Assembly: GCA_002269645.1 (NCBI GenBank)
Contig: NIVC01004810.1
Span: 1-34,503 of the forward strand
Reading direction: 5' to 3'
DNA length: 34,503 nt
From: Macrostomum lignano
Taxonomy: Eukaryota
In this document: piece by piece, positions 32,418 to 34,503 of the stretch
How the letters are laid out: every line of letters starts with the position of its first letter
Numbering within the stretch: the stretch's first letter is position 1
Program-made: the position numbers and the translations under genes
The notes under the pieces: generated by a model
Database searches by the model: none
Told to the model about the DNA's origin: nothing
What the model saw: the letters and a program-made list of their open reading frames with translations, nothing else

Positions 32418-32910
32418 TGACCCCGACGCTGTGTCCTCATATGACCCCTTGATCGTGTCCTTGAATGACGTCTCCATCGATCATTTGACCCCTTGGCCGT
32501 GTCCTCATATGACCCCCTGATCGTATCCTTGAATGACCTCTCCATTGATGACCCCTTGGCCATATTTTCATATGACCCCTTGGCCGCGTCTTCATATGAC
32601 CCCTTGGCCGCGTCCTCATGACCCTTTCACCGTGTCCTCATATGACCCCTTCACCATATCCTAATATGACCCCTTTGATTGTCCTCTCCTCTCCATTGTA
32701 TCCTCAAATGACCCCTTGGTCGTGTTTTCATATGACCCCTTGTCCGTGTTCTCATATGACCCTTGGTCGTGTTTTCATATGACCCCTTGTCCGTGTTCTC
32801 ATATGACCCCTTGATCGTATCCTTGAATGACCTCTCCATTGTACCCTCAAATGACCCCTCCCATATTATCCTTACAAACGACCGTTCATGTTGTCCTCAA
32901 ATGACCCCAA
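32418..32910. repeat. Minisatellite, 24-bp unit TCATATGACCCCTTGGCCGCGTCC-like, degenerate
   Basis: Seen directly, downstream of the unknown gene. Confidence 0.9.
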
Positions 32911-33235
32911 TCAATTCGCAATTGTCCCCATATTTTGCGTCCTAACTTCAGCTGGTTTATTCAAAGAAATACGAGTATATTAATTAGTTGTAAATTGTCT
33001 ACGCCTTACTGTTTGTACATATTTCTCTGTCATTGTATTTGTACACAGCAGGTGTTTTCAACATTTAATGGCTCTGTTTCTGCTATCTGTCTTTCTTCCT
33101 GTCTGTTTATTCCAGCGCACAATTCCATTGTGTCTTGCTTTTTTGACTCTGCACTTTTCTGAGTTTGCGTGAAGCAGCATGTTTCTTTTCAATTCGATTG
33201 CTTTGATTGATTCGCCCGTGTTTAATACATTATCA

Positions 33236-33830
33236 AGAACAGGTTTTCACCCATATCTAACAGGTTTCCATCCATATCTAACAGGTTTCCACCCATATCT
33301 AACAGGTTTCCACCCATATCTAACAGGTTGTCCGCACATATCTAACAAGTTTCCACCATATCTAACAGGTTTCCACCCATATCTAACAGGGTTTCACCCA
33401 TATCTAACAGGGTTTCCGCCTATATCTAACAGGTTTCCACCCATATCTAACAGGTTGTCCGCCCATATCTAACAGGTTTCCACCCATATCTAACAGGTTT
33501 CCACCCATATCTAACAGGGTTTCACCCATATCTAACAGGGTTTCCGCCTATATCTAACAGGGTTTCACCCATATCTAACAGGGTTTCACCCATATCTAAC
33601 AGGTTTCCACCCATATCTAACAGGTTTCCACCCATATCTAACAGGGTTTCACCCATATCTAACAGGGTTTCACCCATATCTAACAGGGTTTCAACCATAT
33701 CTAACAGGTTTCCACTCATATCTAACAGGGTTTCACCCATATCTAACGGGTTCACACCTATATCTAACTGGTTTCCACCCGTAGGGTTTCCACCCATATC
33801 TAATAAATTTCCAGTATATGTAACAGGTTT
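33236..33830. repeat. Minisatellite, 21/22-bp unit CCCATATCTAACAGG(G)TTTCCA-like, ~27 copies
   Basis: Seen directly. Confidence 0.95.
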
Positions 33831-34503
33831 TTACTTTTTCAAGCAAAGCGAATAATCAAAATAAAGTAGTTTCTTGTTTGCTATAACCTTATTTAAACGG
33901 CTGTTCTCTTTTGTTGTGTTCTGTTTTATTTGTCTAACATCTAAGACAATCAAACCGTAGCACAGGTCTCAAGTTTATACTCTCGAGTGTAGAAGTTCCC
34001 ATTTTACAATACTTATCCTGTAAATCCTTCTATAGGCTGTAGAATTTTAAAGGTGCCTACAATTTTCAATCTACTGCCATTTTTACTGACTTGACTTGGA
34101 GACAGGTCTTGAAATTTTGTAAGCCGCTACTCACCATTGCGGATGTTTTGACATTATTATTAATATATAATTTCAAAAAATATTGCAATAATTAATGCTC
34201 TTGATTTATTTGATATTATATCAGTTCCTCTCTACTTTTGACTGAGTGCTGTGGATTTTTATTATTATCTATCAGCAAATTTTGATCAGTTCTCTTATCC
34301 TAATTGCTTTATTTTGTATATTTCTTATGTTTCTGACTTGATTTCTTATTCTGTCACTCATAAAATTGTTTTATTGCTTTGGAATTCCTTCGATTTTTAT
34401 GCACAAATGATCTCTTAATGTGTTTGATTTTTATTTCAGATTTTGTCTGTCAAACTGAACTATATAGTAAAGTTTTCAGTATTGTTTTGTGCTTGCGTTT
34501 CAC

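Overview
Eukaryotic (invertebrate animal) genomic DNA with spliced genes, GC-rich exons, decayed retroelements and many unrelated minisatellites. This style is compatible with a flatworm such as Macrostomum, but that is inference only. Five genes are supported: (1) the last two exons of a peroxisomal Lon protease (LONP2-like, + strand); (2) a single-exon 92-aa secreted peptide precursor (-); (3) a ~1,420-aa secreted protein made almost entirely of ~29 tandem four-cysteine fibronectin type I (FN1)-like modules (+); (4) an M1AP-like meiotic gene (-); (5) a multi-exon unknown gene with a Pro/Thr/Ser repeat exon (+), head-to-head with M1AP. Three genes each contain one apparent small frameshift, which suggests long-read consensus errors. 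The most interesting signals are the FN1-like array (FN1 is usually considered chordate-restricted), a 1.7-kb CpG-free block carrying C>T/G>A-mutated copies of neighbouring sequence (a RIP-like signature), and a microexon cluster with two 23-nt GT-AG spacers. All homology calls come from manual motif recognition; no searches were run.
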